Below, one piece after another: positions 25,831-39,908 of a stretch of DNA of 64,000 nt. The DNA is taken from positions 64,046,001-64,110,000 of the forward strand of contig NC_073383.1 in NCBI RefSeq assembly GCF_028641065.1, read 5' to 3'. Below the pieces are notes generated by a model. The model saw only the letters and a list, made by a program, of their open reading frames with translations. It had not been told where the DNA came from and did no database searches. The position numbers were made by a program, and so were the translations under genes. Each line of letters begins with the position of its first letter. The stretch's first letter is position 1. Source of the DNA: Leucoraja erinacea. Its lineage: Eukaryota.

Positions 25831-27984
25831 AGATGTTGGTTTAAATCATCACAACATAGTTTGGCAACAATTTCAGTGCATCCGAAAATTCAAACACTTT
25901 CAAATATGATGGCTTTTTTTACTCCACCCAATAATCAAACTAACCTGATCAGCATATATATTTCAAGCTAACAGCAATGAAGTAAATCATATTTTAACAT
26001 AATTTCAAATAAACATTATTTGGAGAAAACACAGGGCAGGGGTGATATAAAAGTATATTAATTCTGCAGACGTATCTTCAGCTACTCATTAAAACAAAAG
26101 TATTCCATGCAAAATCAATAAATTACCTGAATTATTGACGTTTATGTTTTCATTATTGGCTTTTAAGTTTGAACCTCGGATTTAGTGATCCATGTATCTA
26201 GGCTCTTTATGGAAAAATAAAATAATGCAGGTGCTAGATAACTGAAATTAAACACAGAAAATGGTGGAAATATTCAGCAGCTCAGAGAGGATCTGTGGAA
26301 AGAGTAGGTAGCTGACTTGTTGAACACTGGGCAAATTATAGATTTTCATTGAATTTTCTAGAAATTATTATTTTGACTGTTCATGGCACATTTTACAAAT
26401 CAGATAATATGTTCAGTTCAGTTTTATTTGTCATATGTAGGTTAACACAGGGTCAATGGTACAATGAAATGTGTACGACAAGATAACAGGTCACCTCAGC
26501 AATGATATTACAATAAAATTAAGGTAAAACAAAAATATGTCCACTGGTAAACTCTATCACTGTACTGAAGAAAAACACAGAGTAGAAAAACACAATGCCC
26601 TAAATCTCAAGTTTAAATTTAACTTTGTGGAAATAAAGGCAAGCCAAGCACTAGCAATGTAACTACAGGGCAACACTGATGGTGGGAGAAGATAGGGATG
26701 CCAGCCTGCAACTACAAACACATCCGTGCATGCAGTGGTGGCCTTCATGCGATGTTGCTCCTGTTTAATGCTTTGTAATGTGCAATATCATTGATTTTCA
26801 GAAATCAATAAGTCAAGTTTTGGTTTTCTCGGAGAACTATGTAATGTTTCAGCCCTTGTTGTGAATGTTTGCTTGGAAACCATTCATTGAGTGTAGAACA
26901 ATGGCTTTGATTACTGCTGAGTATATGTGCAGCTTTATTACCAATTATATTTTACTTCTTACAGGTCAAGGCAACATGAGAGATGCTGTCAAACTCAAGT
27001 AGGATTCAGGAACATTTTGAGCAGTACCGGGCGACTGCATACATTTGAAATAGGTTTGGTGAGTAAATGAGGGGTTTTGGATGCTATTGGAAGGATGTTC
27101 CAGACTCTGGCATGGTAAACAAATAAATAAAACAAACACTGGAAGGCATGATGTAGAATTGTAGAATTCACTCTTCCAGGGAAGGATGACGATCAGCTTA
27201 TTGATCCCGTGCATTCTTGCTCTAGTCAATCCTATTTCCATTGCTCTCCCAAGTTATTTCCTCTAAGTGACTAATAATTCTGATTAGCTCACACTTGCAG
27301 ATGATGAGTTTCAGGCCACAGATATTCTCATCATAACAAAGATTTTCCTCACATCCTCTAACTCTCACCATCACTTTGACTCTGTGTACCCCAGTCCAGA
27401 GCCTTAAATTAATGAGAACAGCCTCTCTCTCAGCTTTACTCTAAACAGCCACGACCTTGTCCATTTCCACCAAATCTTTTGTCAACCTTCTTGGCTCCAA
27501 GGAGAACACCACCACTTTCTACATATAGTTGAATTTCCGCTGCTCTAATGGAACCATTTTAGTAAACCATTCTAGTAAATCTCTTCTTCTCTCTCTCTCA
27601 GGAATCATGACATCAGAAAGTGTGGTGTCAGGTGGAGGTTTGAGGCAAAGGGCTCAGAGTCAATGGAAGTGATAATAATGGTAAGCGGCAATGTGTTTGT
27701 TAAGGGGTTAATTCCTCAATTAAGAACTTATTTTAAAATCGTAGACATATTGACCTTGAATTGTCTTAAAAAAACTATGGTCAACTGCGCCCCCTACCTT
27801 CGACAGCAATTGTGGAGGTTTCAATTAAAGAAGCTTTATATTTGGCATTACAGAAAAGCATGATTAAAGATGTAATCGAAAGAAAGGATGATAGAAGTAG
27901 CAGTACTGAAAATGTCGTGATCAGAAATAAATGCAAGTTACTCATAATACAAAAAAAAATTGAAAGTTAAAAAGGTGCAGGTAA

Positions 27985-28415
27985 GTTCATAAGGCATAGG
28001 AGCAGAATTAGGCTATTCGATCCATCAAATCTGTTCCGCCATTCAATCATGGCTGATCTATATTTCCCTCTGAACCCTGTTCTTCTGCCTTTTCCCTGTA
28101 ACCTTTGACACTCTTACTAATCAAGAACCTATCAATTCCGCTTTAAAAATACCCCAAAATTGCTCCCAACAGCCATCAGTGGCAATGAATTCCATCACCC
28201 TCTGGCTAAAGAAATCCTCATCTCCTTTCTAAAGGTATGTTATTTTATTCTGAGGCTGTGCACACTGGTCCTGGACTCCCCCACTGGTGAAAACATCTTC
28301 CCCACATCCACTCTATTTAGGCCTTTCATTACTCGGAAAGTTTCAGAGAGATTCCCCCTACATCCTTCTAAACTCCAGTGATTACAGTCCCAGAGCTGTC
28401 AAACGCTCATCATAT
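27985..28415 (-). mobile_element. CR1 3' fragment
   Basis: Antisense CR1 3' UTR and ORF2 end (ccgccattcaatcatggctgatc, ggcaatgaattcc). Confidence 0.75.
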
Positions 28416-28479
28416 GATCAGCATGTATCATTCATCCATAAATATTGGATTCCATATGCTGGAAATCTGGCATAAGATT

Positions 28480-28750
28480 CTTAAGTCAGAGGGTGTTGCA
28501 TCTGTGGAAGTCATTGCTGCAGAAAGCTGTGGAGGCCAAGTCAATAGATATTTTTATGGTGGAGATGGATAGGTTCTTGATTAGTATGGGTGTCAGGGGT
28601 TCTGGGGATCAGGAGAATGGGGTTGAGAGGGAAAGATAGATCATCCATGATTGAATGGCAGAATAGACTTGATTGGCCACATGTGACAATAATTCCATTC
28701 CATTCTTTTTCAATTCTGCTCCTATGACTTATGGACATATGAGCTTATGA
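28480..28750 (+). mobile_element. CR1 3' fragment
   Basis: agagggtgttgcatctgtgg...gctgtggaggccaagtc, with a (CTTATGA)-type tail. Confidence 0.75.
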
Positions 28751-31700
28751 TAAGAACAAAAAATACTGAGGCCTTATCATGCCTTGTTAGAAGATGTCTC
28801 TGGAGGAAGTAAACTCGTTATGGTTTGACATGCAAGTGAAAAAATGGTCGGATCAAATCACTCAGATGCCTTGAATTAAAGAAAAATCAGAAAGGATGAT
28901 CAATGATTGAAATCAAACAATAAAAGTCTGACTTAGTCATGTTAAACCATTTAAGACAACATGACACTGATTCTCTTGTTTCATTTCTTTACCATTACCA
29001 ATCTATGGCGGTGTATACATCTCGCCACAACATTATAACTAAAAAATCTATCTTTTAAACACATGCAAAATTCCATTTGCAAATTCTATCATATGCTGCA
29101 CTCTTAACGACAGGCTATTTTACTTATATGCCCTAGGCAGTAATCAGAGTAAACTTTGCGACTGTCTAAATATTCCTCAACTCAGATCATGAAAGATCCT
29201 GCCTTTTAAATGTGAAAAAATGTCCAATGAAGAGAATATTTCAGTGCTGGTAATCTTCCTTTATTACTGCTCTTTTCACTCTTGGTAATAATGTGACATC
29301 CTTTAATTGTGTATCTAGAAAATCAAATGAACATTTAGTGGTCATATAAAAGAGTTTCAATGAGAGTCAGGATGGTGGGACCAATTTCAATGTTAAAGAG
29401 AGTTCTTCACAGACACTTATTGCTGCAATTTCCTCGTTTGATTTGGACATTATTAACAATGAGGAAGGGTGTTCTGCCATGCTTGGAATACCAGGTTAGT
29501 AGAGGATTTTGGAAATTGAGCAAATTATTTTAGTTTACTTCATTATTGTCACATGTAGAGAGTTACAGTGAAAACCTTGTCTTGCATGCTATGCAGTCAA
29601 ATCATACTATCCATGAATGCGATAGGACCTCTCCTGGAACAGCATGCAGAGAGTCGCCACGTTCCAGAACCATCTTGCACTTCCAAGTCTCTGAAATGTC
29701 TGGTCTTGGGCCCAGGAGATATGCAATTCTTTATTTTCTTTCTCTAAGGAGGCACTGGATCAATGAAGTAGGATTTCGCCTAGCCCAGCACAACGGCACC
29801 AGTTCCTTCCACCACTGCTCCACGCAGCTGCTGTGGGCTGAGCTCTATCCACTCGCTCAGCCATCCTCCACAGGGGCTTCTGCAGCTGCCACCACAAAAC
29901 ACCAAGACGCGAGACCCCCGCAACAATGCCTGTCTCCTCCAGCAACCACTCATCTGCTTCCATGCACCGAGGCTTCCACAGCCCACTTCCCAGGTCAATC
30001 GTGGAACTTTTCGTGGTCGCTTTTCGTGGCCATGGGAGGTGAGTTTCAGGAATGTTTACAGCGGCTACGTTTCTGCTTCACCCTCCATCACCACCACCAT
30101 CATCATCATCGTGATCGACAATTAGAGTGCCATCAATACTTTTAGGTGTCTTTTTGATGGAACAAGAATTAGGTCTGTTCCTTAAAAGAACTCCAAATTG
30201 TTGATCTTCTCGGAACCCATACATTCCGGTTTGCCTGGACAAGTATGCAGTACATTTTTCCTTCATTTTAACCCTCAGAACTTTGTTTGCTCAGGCAATT
30301 ATTTCCATCAATTTGTCCTTCCCCATACACCATCCTAAAACAAAACCCGGCATCAATAGAACAGAAACATTCATGTCCAGCACAGTTGACTTTGTCTTAA
30401 TAAAACATATTTTGATGTAGTATTGCCCCAGTCACAACAAAAATGCCTTGTTGTATTTGTATTAACCAAAGATTTGTGGCCGAGCTCTGCAGTTTCCAAG
30501 CAATACAACAATGGCACAGATGCAAGGTACCGATAAAACAAAAAGCCATAAAAGTCAGGAAAGCTAACAATGACACAATAGACAAAGACGCAAGAGATAG
30601 TTGTGTAGCAAAGGAAGTAATACTGTGACATTGGGCATGTAATTACTTCCAAAACAAGATTAATACAGATATAATAAATATGATTTCTGGATTTACATCA
30701 AAGCTATGTTTCAGTTATATCTAGCTTCCAGTTCTCCAAAGCAAGGCCAGATAATCCATTCATCAAAATGTATGCAAAACTGATTGATTATGAAAGTCAC
30801 TATGTCCTAATATGAAGTGTGAACACTTGTGAACATCACATTTTATCGCGTTCGATATCTTGAAATGTCTGACTTAATGGGTATAGGTTTATCAATAAAA
30901 TAAACACCTTATTAATAACAACAATGATCAAATTGCAAACATATTTTTATTTTCGATTGATTACTAAATCAAATAATATATGAATTTTCCAATGCAGTTA
31001 TTTCCTTCAGATATTTGTTTTAATTTTAAGGGCAAGTCCCATCTTTCAGTTTACAATACAATCTATATATCCCAATACTTTTATGGAATATTGATAAAAA
31101 CTATGAATTCCACAGCATATTGCAATTTATAGTCACAGTTCTGAATGAAAATGAAATACTCACAATGAATGATCACGGACAAATTAAACAGATAACAAAT
31201 GTAGGGAAGAAAATGGATATAATAATTATTATACTATGTGTTCTCTTATTAATAAATATTTGAAACCTTAATGTACTTTTGGCATTTAAAAGAATATATA
31301 TCCAGTTTAAAAATGCATGTGCATGAGTGATTATGGTTAATTTGAAAGGCATAACTGTGTCTGCAAATACAGAAGGAATGCACTGAGCTCGACTTTCAAA
31401 ATAAAGTGCATTTTTCATGATTCAGATTTGATGCTCGTTCAAATGAATTTACATCCACATTTTTATGCTTTTTGTACATTTTATTTTATACCTGCCTTTT
31501 AAACTAGATGGAAGCTTCAGCAGGCAAGAAGACAACTCAGGTTCATAGAGGTGCAACCATTGACAGCCATTGAGGAATGTGAGAGAAATGAATGATACCC
31601 TCTTGAGATGCCTTTTCTCGCACATTGGCAGCTTATTCACATTACTATTTTGCTGCTTTTTCTTCAGCGATCACTCGGGGCCTTTCTGTTAGCTTGGGGT

Positions 31701-32927
31701 CACTGGGGCTATGTCCTCTTTCAAACAAATTCAGCTGTAGTCAGGGTTTTTTGCGATGACAGATTGTGACTGCACGAGTGAGCTGTGTGACTAGTGTGGG
31801 ACTGTCACTTTAATCCAACTGTTTCAAGAGTGCTATGGAGAACATCAATACATGCCTGCAATTTATTTGCAGGGAAGAGGGTGGGGAGAGATTTCTGAGC
31901 AACATTTGTTTCTGAACCATTGAAAATCAGTTAATGCGCCGTTAACATGAAAAATTGATAGGAAACAGGTGTTTTAAACATGTACATTTCCAAACCAAAT
32001 AATATTCCAAATACTAAATAATATAGTAAATGGAACTAGAGCAATTAGTCATTGGATTGTTACTACCAACAATAAATGAAAATAAGGTTGCAAAATTAAT
32101 ACCTTTACAGAAAGAGGAAGTTTCTAGGTGCATTCATTGACATTATTAATTTACAAATGCTACTTTTTCTCCCAAATGAAATGTGATATAAACATTTTGC
32201 ATGCTGGATATCATTTTCATCTTATTGAACCATTGTTTGGAACAGAACAGCTATAAAAATCACAACATGCAATTTCTAAATGCTGAAATTTCTGACAGAA
32301 TTAGACAAGCATTCAGAATCTCAGAATCATTCTCCACTTATTGTTTTATAAGATCATGCTGAGGAAAATATTTCATAATTTTATTTTCAGGATGGGCGAC
32401 GAATCTCAACGGCAGCTATGGATGTTTAAAAAATACATTTTAATAATGTGATAGCCACATTAATGCAAATAAGTCTCTTTAATTTGTGAATATTGTCTAG
32501 TCTCACAGCTATATTGTGTTGCAAAAGCAGAGAGGCTGCATGTGGCTTATGGACTGTGGGAAAGATTAATGTAAGATGGGAGCATTACAGATCTATCTAC
32601 TGCTTTTATTGCTTAAGACACATCAGTTACCTCAATTCGAAACTGATCAATTTTACAACAGGTACTTTGGCACAGCCACATGGTTTTCAGATGATGAACA
32701 AGTGACTGACAGAGTGTGCCGGCAGAGTCATTTGGAGGCTCACATCTCAGCTGGAAAGAGCTGTTGGAAAGCTCCAGACCGTTATGGAAAGACTGATACA
32801 ACCTCTGAAATATTGTCAGGCTCAGCCAATGACCTGTAAGGTAAATAGAGGAGAATTGGTAGTTGCAGCGTGTGGGGAAGAAGAAACCTCGGACAACAGT
32901 AGTGCTGGTCACATTTGGGGGATGGGG

Positions 32928-33066
32928 NNNNNNNNNNNNNNNNNNNNNNNNNNNNNNNNNNNNNNNNNNNNNNNNNNNNNNNNNNNNNNNNNNNNNNNNN
33001 NNNNNNNNNNNNNNNNNNNNNNNNNNNNNNNNNNNNNNNNNNNNNNNNNNNNNNNNNNNNNNNNNN
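32928..33066. other. Assembly gap (139 N) next to a purine-rich low-complexity tract
   Basis: Run of N. Confidence 0.99.
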
Positions 33067-33643
33067 GGGGGAGGGGGGGGGGGGGGGGAGAGGAGAGGGG
33101 GGAGAGAGAGAGTGGGGAAAGAGAGAGAGAGAGGAGGGGAAGAGAGAGAGAGAGGAGAGAGGGGGGGGGGAGAGAGAGAGAGAGACCCAACTTCCCAACC
33201 CCAAACAACTATTTGCAGGCAGTTTTTTTTTTACCTCTAACCATATTTTCATTTTCAAACCAAATTAAGGGCTGTAGACATTTGTCAGTGTCATTCAAAG
33301 CTATGATTGAGGCCCACCACTTGCAGAGACTGATTGAGGCACACCACTTGCAGAGACTGATTGAGGCACACCACTTGCAGAGACTGATTGAGGCACACCA
33401 CTTCCTGGTTTTATTGTCGCTCCCCCTTCCTCCAGCGGGGCAGAAGAGAGAATGGGGAATGTTGTAAAAACATTAATATCTCTGTCAATTTTCATTGACG
33501 GGTAAAAATCCTCGGCACACACGCGGCGGAGGGGGGCTCTGAGCGAGGTGTCCAAAAATGACGGCCGTAGGTGGCGGCGTACTGTCGGAAACCGCAGCAC
33601 AGAAAGCCAAAACCTGTCAAGAACAGAGTTTTAGTAATATAGA
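33067..33643 (-). mobile_element. Non-autonomous Helitron-like element, 5' part
   Basis: Minus strand starts A|TCTATATTACTAAAACTCTGTTCTTG, resembling the start of the 48830 and 49223 elements. The 3' end is not visible because of the gap. Confidence 0.5.
33304..33403. repeat. 27-bp minisatellite, about 3.7 copies (tgattgaggcacaccacttgcagagac)
   Basis: Head-to-tail units with no spacers. Confidence 0.95.
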
Positions 33644-36600
33644 TGTACCACATCAATTTATAGCTTTAAAATATTTACCAAATGAAACAATTTGGCAATC
33701 AGCTATGCCCTATTAAAAATGGTGCCACTCTGAATGTAAAAATATTAACAGGACTGTAATAAAAACAGAAAATGCTAGAAATGTTCAGCAGTTCATGCCA
33801 TGTCTGTGCAAGGAAAAAACAGTGAACGTTTTGGGAAGTGACATTTGGTCATTTGGTGATAAGTTTTTGGAGCAGAATTAGACCATTCAGCCCATCAAGT
33901 CTACTCTGCCTTTCAATCATAGCTGATCTATCTTTCTCTCTCAACCCCATTCTCCTGCCTTTTCCCCATGACTCCTGACACCCTTGCAAATCAATTTCCC
34001 CACAAGCTCCCAAATTCTATCCACAAGTAACATTATGTGTTTTTTTTAATGTATATTGAAAATATAAACTCTGTCACACAGAATGAGACTAGTTGGCCCA
34101 TCTTTGTTGTGCCTGTTGAAAAGAGCTTTCCAACCAGATCCAGTCTGTTGTCCTGAAGGTTGCAGCACTTATCCAAACGTGTTTTAAACACAATGAAGTT
34201 TTCAGCTTCTATCGATGTTGCAAGCAAAGGATTGAAGATCCATTTATCACTGGATCAAATATATTTTCCTCATCTTCCCTCTAAATTATCTTGAAGTACT
34301 TCGTCTGTACTCCCATGGTGTCTGAATTTGCTATGATGGGAATTAGTTTGTTTCCTATTTGCTCTAATACAATCTAACCAATTACTCTCTTTTCAACTGT
34401 TTTTGTTGCAAAGAGGAGAGATCTAAGCGTATCCATTTTTTCCTCACAGGCACAATTTTCCAAACCTGGCGACATCATTGTAAATCTCCTTTTGCACCCT
34501 TGACATTACAATTATATATCTGTAATGTAATGGTTTAGATTTAGGGTTTATTATTGTCACATATACTGAGGTACAGTGAAAATCTTTGTTTTGCATGCTA
34601 TTTAATCATATCAGATAATACTGCACATGAATACATTCAGGTTAAACTCATGTGCAGGTGGAGCAAAGTGGAAGATACAGAATACAGCATGTCGTTTTCA
34701 GCTTTGTCACATGCCAGTTTCAGAGACTGGATTATAGTGGATCCTCCCCCGGGACCAACATGCAAAGAGTCGCCACCATCTTTACAGCATCTGAGGAGAG
34801 GATATTAAAGAGCATAGGGAAATAATTCTCAACCAATGTTATGTCCATTATTTAATTTATTATGTAAATAAATATTTTCACTGTGGCCTATAGTCACCAT
34901 GGATAGGTGACGACTCAACCCGAAACATCACCTTTCAATGTTCTCCAGAGATACTGCCTGATTCGCTGGGTTAATCCAGCACTTTGTGACTTCTATTTAT
35001 TGAAGTTTGCTTGGAGTAAACCAGTGAACTGCTTTATGCTGGGCATAATTATCTTTGCCTTTGACAGTTGTAAATATAAATGTTAGAAGACACCATGTCA
35101 GTATTGAAATAATTAAAAAATGAAGATGGTAAGAGTTTTTCTTATATCTGTGCAGTTAATGGTTAAAACATTCCTAGAAACTCCAGGAAGATGTACTTAC
35201 TCATTTATGGAGATTTAAATGTTCAAGTTTTAATTTCTGGTATAGTTTGAGGGTGCTGTTTGGTTATTATCATCTTTTTGGCCACATTTGGTATTTTTGG
35301 TTATTTAGGCAGAATTTAGGCAAATGCAGCAACTTTCTCTTTCTGTAACAAATTGCACCTAAGCCAATAATCATCGTACCTGTATTTCAATGTAATCCTC
35401 CAAGGAACCTAGTTCCATCACTGACAGACAAATACCATTTCATGTCCATAAACAAATATGTTTCTATGATATTTATAAATCATCAGCTTCTTTCCATCTT
35501 GATTATGATATACTCCTACCAGCAGTTACATCTATTGATGCGAACAAGTCCATGTTTAATGCCAGGGCATAAACCTTTACAACAAAAAATATTAAACCAA
35601 ATATTACAAAAGGGAGAAATTAACTCTTAATTATTCCCAAATCTGAAACATTCACCCAAATGTGCAGAGATTCCCAGATCTAGTTATAGTGTTTCCTGAA
35701 GTTTATTGCTGGAGTTGATTTTGGTTTTATACACAGATTTTACCTCCAGGGCTTCCTCAACAAATGTCAAGCATTCATTCTTCAATGTGTTACAAGGACC
35801 TTCAATGGTTTACCTTGCAATACCAGCCTCAAAGATTTTCAGTTGGACTAACTCAGGGCAGGTCTTGCAATAATTCATAAAGAAATGCTACGGGTACAAG
35901 TATATGTTAGTACCTGTGGATTAAACTTCTTTTCACTTAACTGTCAAAGATGTGCCTGGAAGCCCAACATGAACTTAAAACTTAAATGGTCTCTGGGCTT
36001 GTTTGCTTTTAAAACACTGGAATATTTTATTTTACACTAAACTACAAATATATTATGATATGTTTTGTTACTTTTTTTAAAATTTAATTTCATAAATGAT
36101 TATTCCCCACCCTTAGCCTCCTGTGATCGGCAGCTGCAGCTTCTTCTGATGTTTACTTAATAATCTACACTAAACCCTGGTTTTCCAAGAGAATGAGCAA
36201 CCATTTTTTTTCCATGCATGTGTTGCTCAGTTCTCCATGATAACCTTCAGTCTTTAATATTGGTCAACTCTCAGGTCTCAGTAAAGAATAATGGAAGACC
36301 CGGCGTGGGGGGGACCACCGTGAGGGATGGCGGGAGAACAAAGGAGGGCCCGGTGTGGGTGAGGGGGAGAGGGCACTCTGGTTTGAGAATCCTATGCCCA
36401 GGGGATAAGCCTGCGATCATTTGTTTGCCGGTTAAGGCGTTGTGCACACGGCAGCCAGCCAACATAAGCCTTTCTTTTTCTTCTTTTTTCACTTCTGCGG
36501 CTCCTTCCTACACATTCAGTTATTGCTCCTCTGCCTCAATGAACTTTCCTCTGACCGCCTTCTTCAATACCTTGACCTCACTACTCCGTCTGTACCTTAA

Positions 36601-38009
36601 AAAATCTCGAGATCCTCCTTCTTGGTCATCTTTTGACCCTCACTGATGACTTCACTTTATAACGAATGTGCAGCTTCGTGATGCAATCTAAGTAAAATAT
36701 GTTCAAAGATACTTTTAAAAAATGGACTGTGTTTTATTGGTAATCAGTCAGATTTGCCTGTTCTTTATTAATTTTCTCACATGGTCTGTGTAGTTTTGCT
36801 TTCCTAATGCATGATTTATGCATATCCTATTTCAGTTAATGTTTTAAAATGCAATGTTTAATTCAATTAGTCATAAATGTTACATTTATTTATGTAGAAA
36901 CAAGGAACTGCAGATGCTGGTTTGTGTGTTTCCACTTATTTATGTTTGACATTGACACTGAGGGGTGACATAACAGTTGTGATGCAGTGGACAACACTTA
37001 TGGGAAATGCCAGCTTGCGTATTGAAGGAAAGCATTCTCGTGCATTCAAAACTGTTACAGCTTAAAAATGAATGAGACAAGTGAATGTGGATAACTATAC
37101 TAACTATGAGCTCCTCGCTAAAGCTGCCATTGAATTTTTGAGGCATGCTGTCAAATTTAAAGTCATGAAAATCCTCACAAAATAGTCTGACTCGATTTCA
37201 AGCAAGATTTGACCTTATTGTCTGGGTTTCAGCCAAATTCTCTTCTATGCAATTGGTAGCTAGCTGAACTGATAGGATTGTAACTACAGTAAAAGGTTTG
37301 CAGCTAAGATAGACTTGTCCATTAACCCTGTTGAGAAGATATGAAACTAATATTTCCTTCTATATTGTAAGAGCTCTTTCAGCTTCCAATTTGCCCAACA
37401 GTTTATTTCAATGATAGTGCTATAATAACAGTGGAAAAAAAATCAGTTAAAATAAGCCATATTTCTAAGTATATGGCCTCTTAACTGTGCCTGTAGTTTT
37501 AGGCCTGTCATATTAACAACAAGATATTCCCTCGGCAGTTTTAAAAAATTGCTAAAAAAAAAAAAATCCAGAGTCCACTAGATAAATAACTCACCAGAGC
37601 ACAACATTAATCCACATTTTATGCAAGCTCACTGCTCAATGTTATTGGTAGCAGCAAGTCTCTGATGAGCTCCCCAATGTATTAAGCCTATATTCCTTCA
37701 TAAATGATTTTGCTAAAATTGCCATCAAAACTATTAACCAAAGTTGACACGTATTATTTTGATGATTATTTATGCAGTTTTGCTTGTGCACCGATATACG
37801 GTGGTTTTGAACATTCACTAACATTAAATAAACTAGTGCATTTAGCAAATTAGAGTCCTAAACTGCACCCGAGCACATTAAAATGCGCAACATACAAATG
37901 CATGAGCAAACTGAAAGCCCGATGAGTGGACAAAAGACCAGGTAGGAGCTGAAATTCGTGTATATCCTATGTATATATTTGTGTATCAACTCATAATATG
38001 TGTTCAACT

Positions 38010-39145
38010 CATATGTCAGGCCGTTATTCATTGATTACAGCTCGGCATTTAATACTATCATCCCCTCCAAGCTGGTTACCAAACTTGCAGAACTGGGTCT
38101 CTGCACATCCCTCTGCAACTGGATCCTCGACTTCCTCATTCACAGACCACAGTCTGTTCGTATTGGTGGAAATTTGTCACACTCGATAACAATCAGCACG
38201 GGAGCACCTCAAGGCTGCATGCTCAGCCCCCTGCTGTACTCCCTCTATACTCATGACTGCGTAGCCGGTCATAGTGCAAACTCCATCATCAAGTTCGCTG
38301 ACGACACCACTGTCATGGGACGTACCACTGATGGGGATGAGTCCGAGTATAGAAGAGAGATTGAACAACTGTCCATATGGTGCCAGCACAATAACCTGGC
38401 CCTCAACACCAGCAAAACGAAGGAACTGATTGTGGACTTTGGAAGGAGTAGGATGGGGACCCACTGTCCCGTTTATATCAACGGGTCAATGGTTGAAAGG
38501 GTCAAGAGCTTCAAATTCCTGGGCGTGCACATCTCTGAAGATCTTTCCTGGTCCGAGAACACTGATGCAATTATCAAGAAAGCACATCAGTGCCTCTACT
38601 TCCTGAGAAGATTACGGAGAGTCGGTTTGTCAAGGAGGACTCTCTCTAACTTCTACAGGTGAACAGTAGAGAGCATGCTGACCGGTTGCATCGTGGCTTG
38701 GTTCGGCAACTTAAGTACCATGGAGAGGAAGAGACTACAAAAAGTAGTAAACACTGCCCAGTCCATCATCGGCTCTGACCTTCCTTCCATCGAGGAGATT
38801 TATCGAAGTCGCTGCCTCAAAAAGGCTGGCAGTATCATCAAAGACCCACACCATCCTGGCCACACACTCATCTCCCTGCTACCTTCAGGTAGAAGGTACA
38901 GAAGCCTGAAGACTGCAACGACCAGGTTCAGGAATAGCTACTTCCCCACAGACATCAGGCTATTAAACCTGGCTCGGACAAAACTCTGAACATTAATAAC
39001 CCATTATCTGTCATTTTGCACTTTATCAGTTTATTTATTCATGTGTTTTGTAGTCAATGCCTATTATGTTCTGTGTGCTGAAACAAAGCAAGCGTTTCAT
39101 TGTCCTATCAGGGACACATGACAATAAACTTGAACTTGAACTTGA
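38010..39145 (+). mobile_element. Rex1/Babar LINE 3' part (RT) with (TTGAAC)n tail
   Basis: [40 protein letters not shown]; one in-frame stop at 38660. Confidence 0.9.
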
Positions 39146-39594
39146 AATTCAGTAAGCCTGAAAATATATAAAACACATATTCACTGTATCATGATAGAAT
39201 GTTGATTGTAGTCACTTTTAAATCACCCATTGACTTCCAGTGCTATTTTCCTGTTCATACACAGAAATAAAATTATTCTTTAGCTCTCCGTCAACTTTCC
39301 AAGTAGAAACCTTTCATCAGAATTGGACAAGTGAATTAACAAGTATGCTTTACATTGCAGAAGGTATGAATCTGCAGAGGGAGGAATCTGAGTTAATATT
39401 ACAGGTGGGTGACTTTTATTGGAACCTGGCCAGTGCTGACGCAAATAGTTACAATTTCCCAGACCTGGCAACATCTTTACAAATCTCCTCTGCATCCTCT
39501 CCATTGTACCTCTTTAGCAATGTTATATCTAATATTTTATTTTATTATTTTATTTATATTATTTTATTTAATAAGCAATAGTGGTCTAACTAAT

Positions 39595-39908
39595 TTTAGT
39601 TTAATTTAGTTTGGAGAAACAGTGCGGAAACAGGCCGTTCGGCCCACCGGGTCCGCGCTGACCAGCATTCCCTGCATATTAACAGTATCCTACACACACG
39701 AGGGACAATTTTTACACTTAACAAGCCAATTAACCTCCAAACCTGTACATTTTTGCAGTGTAGGAGGAAACCGAAAATCTCGGAGAAAACCCACGCAGGT
39801 CGCGGGGAGAACGCACAAACTCCGTACAAACAGCACCCGTGGTCGGGATCGAACCCGATGCTGCAAGCACTCTAAGGCAGCAACTCTATCGCTGCACCAC
39901 CATGCCGC
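39595..39908 (-). mobile_element. HE1-type SINE
   Basis: TTTAG tail; gggatcgaacccg is the antisense B box. Confidence 0.85.

Noticed and set aside
29546-30145. 199-aa ORF with poly-His
   Set aside because: It starts in an antisense LINE tail, has no recognisable domain, and the His run is a CAC/CAT microsatellite.
33304-33403. CRISPR-like array
   Set aside because: Contiguous repeats without spacers, in eukaryotic DNA.
32782-33467. Long ORFs around the gap, and Pro/Ser/Leu-rich ORFs at 53242-53725 and 18358-18821
   Set aside because: They arise from N runs and low-complexity or homopolymer DNA.
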